Of a DNA stretch of 64,000 nucleotides, positions 10,132 to 21,671 are shown piece by piece (the stretch's first letter is position 1; each line of letters begins with the position of its first letter). This DNA is from Bilabrum cf. latius (lineage: Eukaryota). The position numbers and the translations under genes are program-made. Under the pieces are notes generated by a model, which was not told the origin of the DNA, ran no database searches, and saw only the letters and a program-made list of their open reading frames with translations. The stretch lies in the NCBI GenBank assembly GCA_965178125.1, contig OZ237747.1, positions 992,001 through 1,056,000 of the forward strand, read 5' to 3'.

Positions 10132-12538
10132 TCACAGATCGTCATCGCCCGACTCCATCCCACTTTGGCCACTCGTGCCCCCCTCTGCATCGTCCAGGTA
10201 TCCACTTCCAAGATCCGAGGCCCCGTCCGCCCGGTCACGCCCAGCACCGGGAGATGATCCCATTCGAGAGCGCCCAGGCCTAGATGCTGGGCTGCTGGCG
10301 CCTGCTTGCTTCCCTTCACTGTGGTGTGGCCGTGCAGATGATGAGCTGCCTGATGCTCCGCCATCTGACGGCCTCATGCCTGCACCTTGCTCATGGCTCG
10401 TAAGGATGCCGTGTGGCGACTCCACACGCCCCCTGGCAGGACCAGACGTCTGCTCCCCATGACTGCGCAGTTGAGCTGCCTTCCGGTGGACTTGGCGGTC
10501 CAAGGCTTCCCGCACCTAGAGCTGCATGGCTGAGCTTGCTGCCTCATTGCCGCCGTACTGCAATCCGATGGATGGCCGTGGACGGCGGAGGTTCGCCGCA
10601 AAACACAATCCACTCTTCGCTGAGTCGATGCGTCCCCGTTTGGGCAGCGGCTGCTCCTCCAACTGAGGCAGGCTAGCGCTCCCTGCACCGCTGGATCGCA
10701 CCGACTCGCCCGAATCCACCAATGCTCGCGGATCCTGCAGATGAGCACCGACGGATCCACTGCCAGTCTCGGGGAACGACCGTGCTGTGAGTCGCGTCAG
10801 TGAATTGACCCAGGGCGTCCCTGCGGACTGCGCCGCGCCACTGCCACTCTCCGCCTCACCTGCAGCCGTGGCCTCTCTGGCCCGCTTGACAAGCAGACCA
10901 GACGACTGACTGCCACCACCAGCGCTACCGTCCATTGCAACTGATTCTGAATCCATCGCAACCTACCTTTCCACGGGCATCCTGGCGTCTTGGCTGCGGC
11001 ACCACCAGGTAGGCTGCTGCTGGCTGATCCGCGCTACTTCTTGCTGCTTCTACCGAATGAAATCGGCTGTACTAGGCATGTGCTCTGTATCTGGCACTTC
11101 GTCACTCTTAGGCTCAGAGTTCGGCTCATGGTCAAGCACGAAGCTGACCACACGCGAATCGGGCAGCCCAGGCCCTGGACCGAACCGGAGTTGGACCTGA
11201 GCGCCAACATCAGAGGAATCAACCGCGCCACCAGCTTCAGTTGGTGAAGGTAAGTAGGATGCAGCTGAGGTCGAAGGCGACGAGTACGATGAGGATGCGG
11301 ATGATGATGACGACGATGAAGCCGTGCCTCGGGCTGCAGACGACAGTGGTTTCGCTTCTTGACCAGGACCTGCGCCACTCCGTTCGTGTTTGCCTCCTTG
11401 CGATGGCTGCACCTGCCCTGTCCGCTCCAGCACGACGCCCAAACTCGTCACTCTAGCGATGATCCGGGCAGCCCACTCGACGACTTCCAGCTGCCCTGGT
11501 CCCTTCTCGCCCGCCCCTTCGGCATTGTGTGCGCGAGAATCTCTGGGCTCAATTGTCTTCACGCGAGCTTCGGCAAGCAATGAGTTGAACACATTCTGGA
11601 CAATCTCAGCAAACTCTCTAGCGGGGGCATTCGCACAGAACGCCGCCCAAGCTTCGGATGTGGCCAGCGCAGCACTGAACCGAGCTCGTGCCGCAGTTAG
11701 CACGCCGATGCGGAGCTGGGCCATGAATCTGTCATCGAGCAGCACGGAGTACCTGCGAAGCAGCTCTGTAGTTTTCCGCATTTGTTTCTTGATTGCTCTT
11801 GTGATCTCTTCACCCTTACCACGGTCGTCCATCGTCTGGAAACCTGGAATATGGGCAACATGCTTCTCTATATCCAGCCCAAACATCTCGGTGCTGCCTT
11901 TCTTGTCGCCCATCCTCCGGAAGCCAGCCGCCACCACCGACAGATGGCTTGCGTGCTCGTACCTCTGAGGCGCGGGAGAAGAGAAAGACTCCTCAAACCC
12001 ATTCTACGGGCAAGGGCCAGTCACACGGTTTACGAATAGCCGGCACGCCGTTTGTTGCAATGCATCGATGACAGGTGCGCTCCCGTTCTCACGAGGAGCC
12101 ATCGGCTTGAACTCCGACATGTCCAGCTCTTTGAGCGCACGCTGCAGCCCTTCTGTCCTGGCAAGATGCGCGTGTGGGTGCCTCCCCTCGGCAAGGCGAA
12201 CTGCATCGCCCAGCTCTGCCCTCCATGACGCCCAGCCGATCACAGAGGTGACATGCAATGGATTGCGCAAGCACATGAGCTCCCCAGCCACTTGGAACGA
12301 GAACGTTGGCGCAGGCTGACTTGCTGCCGCGCCGCTTGATGCTTGCTCCGCTTGTCGCCGCTGCTGCTCATGGCATTCAACTCCCACCTGAGTATTAGTC
12401 TCGACGGCATCTCCCCAAATACTATACTAGCGCCTTTTAACGCTGTTCTCGATCGATACCATCGCCTGCGATGACCGCGCATGCACCTGAAAGCACACGT
12501 CTGACGACCCGGCAGGTGCAGACATCGACGACGATGAC

Positions 12539-12579
<41 letters not shown>

Positions 12580-13641
12580 TGATGACGATGATGGCGATGA
12601 TGATGAGCCTGCTCCCATAGCCGTCTGGGCGGCCCCCGCCGCCGTTGAGCCCGCCCCTTTGATGCTGCCCATTTCCACTTCCATCGAGCTTGTGCTGGCC
12701 TCACCTGCAGCCACTCGATGTAGCTCGCACTGAATGCCAGGTCTGGCTTGACCCGCCGGGAGCGTTGACAGAGAGAACACGCTTGCGTCGCATGCGCCTC
12801 CCTTGGGCGGGCCGCGGCACCTCTAGAACACCATCCCTGATGGCTGCGACGTTGCGGCTGCTTCGAACATTTGCCCCACGAGATCCAGCTGTCGAGGGTT
12901 GTCAGAAACATGGATCGCACCGGCGCCCGACTCTTCCAAGCCAATCTTCATGAACACGTACTCTTGCCCATGTATTTCTCCATCTCCTAGCCACGTGTAT
13001 ACTGCTTCGGGTATGATGCGGCCAAGTGCAGCCGTCCCCGGGCCTGATTGCCCCCCGGCGCCCTGGGCCAGCAGCACTTGACCCAGTGGCTATCCAGGAA
13101 TGCTTGCAAGTGCATGAAGTGCCGCCCACGCAGATGCCTGGTTGAGGAACATTATAGCCGCCACCGACCGACCCACGTTCATGGAATACCCCAGTATCGG
13201 TCCGAATCTCTGGAACATCGCATGTACCCATGCTTCAGGGTCGGCCCCGTGGAACAACGGCACGTGCCTTTCCCCGGGCGAGGCAAGAGGAACTTCACCG
13301 GGGCGCGCACCAGATGGTGAAGTATTCATCCCACCCAAAGTACCTACCAATCCTTCTCCTTCATCGGTGCGAGCTCGGGCTTGCTCTGGGTCCGGCGGCC
13401 GCGACCACAGCACCAGTGAGGCCCCGTGCGGCCTTGCCTGCGGACGGGCCGTGACGACCCTGAAAGGACGATGAGCCTCCGAGCTCTCCTGCAAGAAGGA
13501 CTAGGGCAGCGCGTGGAGATCTGCCAGAAGGAGGTAAGCTGGGACACTGCGAACCACTAGGCCAGATCCTTGGGCTACCGTCCTCCTAGCAGCGCAAGCT
13601 GCGACCAAGGCCAGCACAGCGATACGAAGCATGCGGAGCAT
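10132..13641 (-). CDS. Large hypothetical protein with signal-peptide-like N-terminus and RRM-like segment, copy 1 (~1170 aa)
   Basis: Seven listed ORFs (13090-13494, 12823-13077, 12427-12780, 12004-12387, 11050-11937, 10516-10956, 10132-10515) share one frame, are separated by TAG and end at TGA. The N-terminus is MLRMLRIAVLALVAACAA. VHAMFQRFGPILGYSMNVGRSVAAIMFLNQASAWAALHAL is RRM-like. Confidence 0.65.
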
Positions 13642-14260
13642 CAGCTAAAACTCCACCCTGCGATCAATACGAAAGGACACTGAACCAACATCATAATAGC
13701 TTCCGAAGAAGAGAGGGCTGAGGCCGCAAAATAGAACGATTAGCGGGGCAGTCGACACTGCTGGTTGTACAGCGCTGCCAGCCCGGAGATTGAGCCGGTA
13801 GAGCAGGCTGGCAAGAATTGCAAGCCGATACTGCCAAACGATCCAATACTTGGTACAAATGACGCGCGAGCGATCTACCTCTGGTCGAGTTGCGGCCTAC
13901 CGTAAGCAATGTCGACCAAATCGCTCCCTTGCCCGCCGAACGAAGGGGGCGCAAGGACTAACAACTAGCACTCCAAGGGACAAATGCGGGTTGCCTGGTA
14001 ATGATCAATACAAGCATTACACTTGCATCCCGCAAATGGACTGCAATCTCTCTCACGTGCTCAAGATGCTGTTCGCACTGCGGTTATCGATTCCAGCGGT
14101 TGCAACCACCGTCGGCCAAGGACAGGGGGTTCGAACACAGACCCGAAGCACGGATGCAGCACTCCGCGGCAACAGCATGCGAGCAGGAACGCGTGCCGCT
14201 CCTTTCTGCCGCCGCCTGTGGCCGAACAGCTTCCTAATCGAATACGCACTCAAACCCACT

Positions 14261-15088
14261 TCAGCTCGTAGTCTGACCCAGCCGCATCAGCGAGTTCGAC
14301 ACTGCCGCACCCCCTGACCTAGCCCCACCCCTTCCTTCACAAGCACACTCACTGCCAGTCGCCTGCCCCTCCCACGCCTCCTACAGCACAGCCACACACC
14401 TCCCATGACCCCCCACACGAGCCGCCTCCATTGGACTCAGCAGCCGCACCGCTGCTGCTCCCCATGCACCAGACCCCACACGGCCCGCCCGGGTCAGCCC
14501 ACCCGCCAGCTTGCCCAGCCTCAGCCTCTTCTCCAGCTCCATGGGCCTGCCCTCGCTCGCCGCCCGGAACACCATGCTTGCGTCCCTGTGGGCCTCATGG
14601 GCCCGCCTCCACCGGATGACTGCATCGGCCCGGCGAGGGTCCAGGCCTTTCACAGGATCCAGCACGCCGTCAGGTGCGATCTCGAAGAGCCTCCGCAGGA
14701 TGTGGCGCGGGTTGTCCTTGATCGTTGCAGCGAGCAAATGCCCCATGCCACGTTCACGAAACTCCTTGCGTTTCAATCCAACGTGATCAGCACGATCGAT
14801 CCGTCCGGAAAGTCCACGTGACAAAGCAAACGTCCATGTGTCAGTCCCAGGAAACTTATCCACTGCCTGCCTCCATTGATCTTGGCCCCAACGCAGCAGC
14901 AAGGCAGCTCCACAAGGATTCAACACAGAGTATCCTGCATCATACCCTGCCACATACCAAGGATTCGAAGGCGTCTTGCGCTCCCTGAATGATCTCTCCC
15001 AGTTGATCTTCTGCCACGGATCGTTTCCAGCTCCCGCAAGCAGAAGATGCCAAGCGCACTCCAGGCTGAAGCAGGCCACCGGTCGCAT
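14261..15088 (-). CDS. Ankyrin-like protein, copy 2
   Basis: Paralog of 8047-8907; reads through TAG 14381 to TGA 14261. Confidence 0.6.
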
Positions 15089-16308
15089 GCTGAATGCAAG
15101 GGCCCATTCCAGCGGCTGCGAGAAGCACCAAGAACAAATCCAACACTCATCGTGATTCAATGTAGCACGGATCAAACCTAGGATATTGGTCGGACGGCAG
15201 CCAGTTACAAATGCCTCACGTGTGCAACTGCCGATGGATGTCGAAGCAGCTTGCCGAGCAGCCCAACACTGTCGCATGCCACGATGCATTCCAGACATGA
15301 GTGTACCTGAGTGCATGGATATCACATTCCACAACATACGGATGGAGCCAATCTATGCAACCGAAAGCGATCCACTCAGTCTACAGCTTGATTCTCACTA
15401 TCAACCTACACACATCGCCATTCGGTGCAGTCAAGCGCACTTGCACCCGAAGCAAGACGCCACAACCGCTCCACCCAGCCAGAAGAGCGGCATTCTCGTA
15501 CAGCTGCTGCTCGGCCACATCGACCTTGCCCGCAGCGATTGCAGAAGCGAACTGAACAGCGGCTTGCTACACCCTCCTGCAAAAGTGCTACGCGAATGCC
15601 AGAGCAGCCGCTGGTATCATCGACATGGCATGTCAAGCTGATCTTAGACAAGGGGGCAAACTCACGATCGAAGCTCTTGGCTGAAGGGCGTTTGCATGCC
15701 GTGATCTCGCAAGTATTGCTGACCCTGTCCCTCTCTGCGCCTCTGCAGCAAGGACGAATACAGCCTGCATGGAGTCATGGGGATCAATGATAACGTACGA
15801 ATCGATCCATCGAAGCTGGAGTCCAAGGTTAGCCCAGCTCTATCTAGTCTGCTCCGCTGAAATCCTCCGGAGGGCTTGCAGTGCCCTGCATCTCCGAGTG
15901 CAAGGCAGAGCCGCTGAGGTAGCGCACTGGGCAGGGAGCTCGGATGAGCCATCAAGTCGTGGGCGTGGCAGATATGAAGGCGATGGGGTAAGACGGGTGG
16001 ACAAAGAGGAGGAGGAAGAAGCACCACTAGCACTGGGGTGGTGGCACCCACTGGCAGGGAGAAATCGGGAGACGGGTGGACAAGGTGGAGGAGGAAGAAG
16101 CACCACTAGCACTGGGGTGGTGGCACCCACTGGCAGGGAGGAATCGGGAGACGGGTGGACAGACGAGGCGAGTAAGCGTTTCCTTCATCCAGATGCCGTC
16201 AACAGAAGGATCGACAGTCACAGGCAAGTCGGGCGCGATGCTACAGACGCAGGCGCCAATGGAGCCAGGCAAGGCACTTCGAGCATTACGAGCCGTGTGC
16301 ACCCAAGG

Positions 16309-19300
16309 TCACAGATCCTCATCGCCCGACTCCATCCCACTTTGGCCACTCGTGCCCCCCTCTGCATCGTCCAGGTATCCACTTCCAAGATCCGAGGCCC
16401 CGTCCGCCCGGTCACGCCCAGCACCGCGAGATGATCCCATTCGAGAGCGCCCAGGCCTAGATGCCGGGCTGCTGGCGCCTGCTTGCTTCCCTTCACTGTG
16501 GCGTGGCCGTGCAGATGATGAGCTGCCTGATGCTCCGCCATCTGACGGCCTCATGCCTGCACCTTGCTCATGGCTCGCAAGGATGCCGTGTGCCGACTCC
16601 GCATGCCCCCTGGCAGGACCAGACGACTGCTCCCCATGACTGCGCAGTTGAGCTGCCTTCCGGTGGACTTGGCGGTCCAAGGCTTCCCGCACCTTGTCCT
16701 GCATGGCTGAGCTTGCTGCCTCATTGCCGCCGTACTGCAATCCGATGGATGGCCGTGGACGGCAGAGGTTCGCCGCAAAACACAATCCACTCTTCGCTGA
16801 GTCGATGCGTCCCCGTTTGGGCAGCGGCTGCTCCTCCAACTGAGGCAGGCCAGCGCTCCTTGCACCGCTGGATCGCGCCGACTCGCCCAAATCCATCAAT
16901 GCTCGCGGATCCTGCAGATGAGCACCGACGGATCCACTGCCAGTCTCGGGGAACGACCGTGCTGTGAGTCGCGTCAGTGAATTGACCCAGGGCGTCCCTG
17001 CGGACTGCGCCGCGCCACTGACACTCTCCGCCTCACCTGCAGCCGTGGCCTCTCTGGCCCGCTTGACAAGCAGACCAGACGGCTGACTGCCACCACCAGC
17101 GCTGCCGTCCATTGCAACTGATTCTGAATCCATCGCAACCGACCTTTCCACGGGCGTCCTGGCGTCTGGGCTGCGGCACCCCCAAGCAGGCTGCTGCTGG
17201 CTGATCCGCGCTACATAACATCTTGCTGCTTCTACCGAATGAAATCGGCTGTACTAGGCATGTGCTCTGTATCTGGCACTTCGACACTCTTAGGCTCAGA
17301 GTTCGGCTCACGGTCAAGCACGAAGCTGACCACACGCGAATCGGGCAGCCCAGGCCCTGGACCGAACCGGAGTTGGACCTGAGCGCCAACATCAGAGGAA
17401 TCAACCGCGCCACCAGCTTCAGTTGGTGAAGGTAAGTAGGATGCAGCCGAGGTCGAAGGCGACGAGGACGATGAGGATGCGGATGATGATGACGACGATG
17501 AAGCGTGCCTTGGGCTGCAGACGACAGTGGTTTCGCTTCTTGACCAGGACCTGCGCCACTCCGTTCGTGTTTGCCTCCTTGCGATGGCTGCACCTGCCCT
17601 GTCCGCTCCAGCACGACGCCCAAACTCGTCGCTCTAGCGATGATCCGGGCAGCCCACTCGACGACTTCCAGCTGCCCTGGCCCCTTCTCGCCCGCCCCTT
17701 CGGCATTGTGTGCGCGAGAATCTCTGGGCGTAATAGTCTTCACGCGAGCTTCGGCAAGCAATGAGTTGAACACATTCTGGACAATCTCAGCAAACTCTCT
17801 GGCGGGGGCATTCGCACAGAACGCCGTCCAAGCCTCGGATGTGGCCAGCGCAGCACTGAATCGAGCTCGTGCCGCAGTCAGCACGCCGATGCGGAGCTGG
17901 GCCATGAATCTGTCATCGAGCAGCACGGAGTACCTGCGAAGTCGATTCACTGTTCGTCCCATCTATTCCTCAATCGCTGTCTTGATCTTCTTTGCCTTGT
18001 CATGCTTGCTCAATGCTTGAAAGCCACGCACCCTCCGAATCTGACTTTCAATATCCAGCCCAAACATCTCGGTGCTGCCTTTCTTGTCGCCCATCCTCCG
18101 GAAGCCAGCCGCCACCGCCGACAGATGGCTTGCGTGCTCGTACCTCTGAGGCGCGGGAGAAGAGAAAGACTCCTCAAACCCATTCTACGGGCAAGGGCCA
18201 GTCACACGGTTTACGAATAGCCGGCACGCCGTTTGTTGCAATGCATCGATGACAGGTGCGCTCCCGTTCTCACGAGGAGCCATCGGCTTGAACTCCGACA
18301 TGTCCAGCTTTTTGAGCGCACGCTGCAGCCCTTCTGTCCTGGCAAGATGCGCGTGTGGGTGCCTCCCCTCGGCAAGGCGAACTGCATCGCCCGGCCCTGC
18401 CCTCCATGACGCCCAGCCGATCACAGAGGTGACATGCAATGGATTGCGCAAGCACATGAGCTCTCCAGCCACTTGGAACGAGAACGTTGGCGCAGGCTGA
18501 CTTGCTGCCGCGCCGCTTGATGCTTGCTCCGCTTGTCGCCGCTGCTGCTTATGGCATTCAACTCCCATCTGAGTATTAGTCTCGACGGCATCTGCCCAAA
18601 TACTATACTAGCGCCTTTTAACGCTGTTCTCGATCGATACCATCGCCTGCGATGACCGCGCATGCACCTGAAAGCACACGTCTAACGACCCGGCAGGTGC
18701 AGACGACGACGACGATGACGCAGCAGCAGCAGCAGCAGCAGATGATGACGATGATGATGATGATGATGAACCTGCTCCCATAGCCGTCTGGGCGGCCCCC
18801 GCCGCCGTTGAGCCCGCCCCTTTGATGCTGCCCATTTCCACTTCCATCGAGCTTGTGCTGGCCTCACCTGCAGCCACTCGATGTAGCTCGCACTGAATGC
18901 CAGGTCTGGCTTGACCCGCCGGGAGCGGTGACAGAGAGAACACGCTTGCGTCGCATGCGCCTCCCTTGGGCGGGCCGCGGCACCTCTAGAACACCATCCC
19001 TGATGGCTGCGACGTTGCGGCTGCTTCGAACATTTGCCCCACGAGATCCAGCTGTAGAGGGTTGTCAGAAACATGGATCGCACCGGCGCCCGACTCTTCC
19101 AAGCCAATCTTCATGAACACGTACTCTTGCCCATGTATTTCTCCATCTCCTAGCCACGTGTATACTGCTTCGGGTATGATGCGGCCAAGTGCAGCCGTCC
19201 CCGGGCCTGATTGCCCCCCGGCGCCCTGGGCCAGCAGCACTTGACCCAGTGGCTATCCAGGAATGCTTGCAAGTGCATCAAGTGCCGCCCACGCAGATGC

Positions 19301-19804
19301 CTGGTTGAGGAACATTATAGCCGCCACCGACCGACCCACGTTCATGGAATACCCCAGTATCGGTCCGAATCTCTGGAACATCGCATGTACCCATGCTTCA
19401 GGGTCGGCCCCGTGGAACAACGGCACGTGCCCTTCCCCGGGCGAGGCAAGAGGAAACTCACCGGGGCGCGCACCAGATGGTGAAGTATTCATCCCACCCA
19501 AAGTACCTACCGATCCTTCTCCTTCATCGGTGCGAGCTCGGGCTTGCTCTGGGTCCGGCGGCCGCGACCACAGCACCAGTGAGGCCGCGTGCGGCCTTGC
19601 CTGCGGATGGGACGTGACGACCCTGAAAGGACGATGAGCCTCCGAGCTCTCCTGCAAGAAGGACTAGGGCAGCGCGTGGACATCAGCCAGAAGGAGGTAA
19701 GCTGGGACACTGCGAACCACTAGGCCAGATCCTTGGGCTACCGTCCTCCTAGCAGCGCAAGCTGCGACCAAGGCCAGCACAGCGATACGAAGCATGCGGA
19801 GCAT
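16309..19804 (-). pseudogene. Large hypothetical protein, copy 2, apparently frameshifted
   Basis: Paralog of 10132-13641. A 1-bp deletion near 17503 and a 5-bp gain near 17215 shift the frame relative to copy 1 (offset 6181 versus 6177). This could be an assembly error. Confidence 0.5.
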
Positions 19805-20423
19805 CAGCTAAAACTCCACCCTGCGATCAATACGAAAGGACACTGAACCAACATCATAATAGCTTCCGAAGCAGAGAGGGCTGAGGCCGCAAAATAGAAC
19901 GATAAGCGGGGCAGTCGACACTGCTGGTTGTACAGCGCTACCAGCCCGGAGATTGAGCCGGTAGAGCAGGCTGGCAAGAATTGCAAGCCGATACTGCCAA
20001 ACGATCCAATACTTGGTACAAATGACGCGCGAGCGATCTACCTATGGTCGAGTTGCGGCCTACTGTAAGCAATGTCGACCAAATCGCTCCCTTGCCCGCC
20101 GAACGAAGGAGGCGCAAGGACTAACATCTAGCACTCCAAGGGACAAATGCGGGTTGCCTGGTAATGATCAACACAAGCATTACACCTGCATCCCGCAAAT
20201 GGACTGCAATCTCTCTCACGTGCTCAAGATGCTGTTCGCACTGCGGTTATCGATTCCAGCGGTTGCAACCACCGTCGGCCAAGGGCAGGGGGTTCGAACA
20301 CAGACCCGAAGCACGGATGCAGCACTCCGCGGCAACAGCATGCGAGCAGGAACGCATGCCACTCCTTTCTGCCACCGCCTGTGGCCGAACAGCTTCCTAA
20401 TCGAATACGCACTCAAACCCACT

Positions 20424-21251
20424 TCAGCTCGTAGTCTGACCCAGCCGCATCAGCGAGTTCGACACTGCCGCACCCCCTGACCCAGCCTCACCCCTTCCTT
20501 CACAAGCACCCTCACTGCCAGTCGCCTGCCCCTCCCACGCCTCCTACAGCACAGCCACACACCTCCCATGACCCCCCACACGAGCCGCCTCCATTGGACT
20601 CAGCAGCCGCACCGCTGCTGCTCCCCATGCACCAGACCCCACACGGCCCGCCCGGGTCAGCCCACCCGCCAGCTTGCCCAGCCTCAGCCTCTTCTCCAGC
20701 TCCATGGGCCTGCCCTCGCTCGCCGCCCGGAACACCATGCTTGCGTCCCTGTGGGCCTCATGGGCCCGCCTCCACCGGATGACTGCATCGGCCCGGCGAG
20801 GGTCCAGGCCTTTCACAGGATCCAGCACGCCGTCAGGTGCGATCTCGAAGAGCCTCCGCAGGATGTGGCGCGGGTTGTCCTTGATCGTTGCAGCGAGCAA
20901 ATGCCCCATGCCACGTTCACGAAACTCCTTGCGTTTCAATCCAACGTGATCAGCACGATCGATCCGTCCGGAAAGTCCACGTGACAAAGCAAACGTCCAT
21001 GTGTCAGTCCCAGGGAACTTATCCACTGCCTGCCTCCATTGATCTTGGCCCCAACGCAGCAGCAAGGCAGCTCCACAAGGATTCAACACAGAGTATCCCG
21101 CATCATACCCTGCCACATACCAAGGATTCGAAGGCGTCTTGCGCTCCCTGAATGATCTCTCCCAATCGATCTTCTGCCACGGATCGTTTCCAGCTCCCGC
21201 AAGCAGAAGATGCCAAGCGCACTCCAGGCTGAAGCAGGCCACCGGTCGCAT
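20424..21251 (-). CDS. Ankyrin-like protein, copy 3
   Basis: Near-identical to copy 2; TAG at 20544, TGA at 20424. Confidence 0.6.
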
Positions 21252-21671
21252 GCTGAATGCAAGGGCCCATTCCAGCGGCTGCGAGAAGCACCAATAACAA
21301 ATCCAACACTCATCGTGATTCAATGGAGCACGGATCAAACCTAGGATATTGGTCGGACGGCAGCCAGTTACAACTTGCAAATGCCTCACGTGTGCAACTG
21401 CCGATGGATGTCGAAGCAGCTTGCCGAGCAGCCCAACACAGTCACATGCCACGATGCATTCCAGACATGAGTGTACCTGAGTGCATGGATATCATATTCC
21501 ACAACATACGGATGGAGCCAATCTATGCAACCGAAAGCGATCCACTCAGTCTACAGCGTGATTCTCACTATCAACCTACACACATCGCCATTCGGTGCAG
21601 TCAAGCGCACTTGCACGCATTCTGGGCCTTGATCCGGAAGTCTCCCCGATGCCCTTGCTCCTTGCAAGGCC

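Larger units (their letters stand above)
8094..21616. repeat. Tandem segmental duplication, ~6.17-kb unit, ~2.2 copies
   Basis: tctgacccagccgcatcagcg starts at 8094, 14272 and 20435 (periods 6178 and 6163). The third copy ends at 21616. Copies are near-identical apart from discrete patches. Confidence 0.97.

Noticed and set aside
8566-18050. Diversity-generating retroelement as the source of the variable cassettes (an RT fragment is nearby)
   Set aside because: Differences affect all four bases and many synonymous sites rather than being adenine-specific. No template repeat was seen, and the RT fragment is not DGR-like.
8094-21616. Tandem LTR retrotransposons sharing ~1.17-kb LTRs
   Set aside because: There are no TG...CA termini and no gag/pol motifs in the 5-kb interior, and the thrice-repeated part is itself a protein-coding gene.
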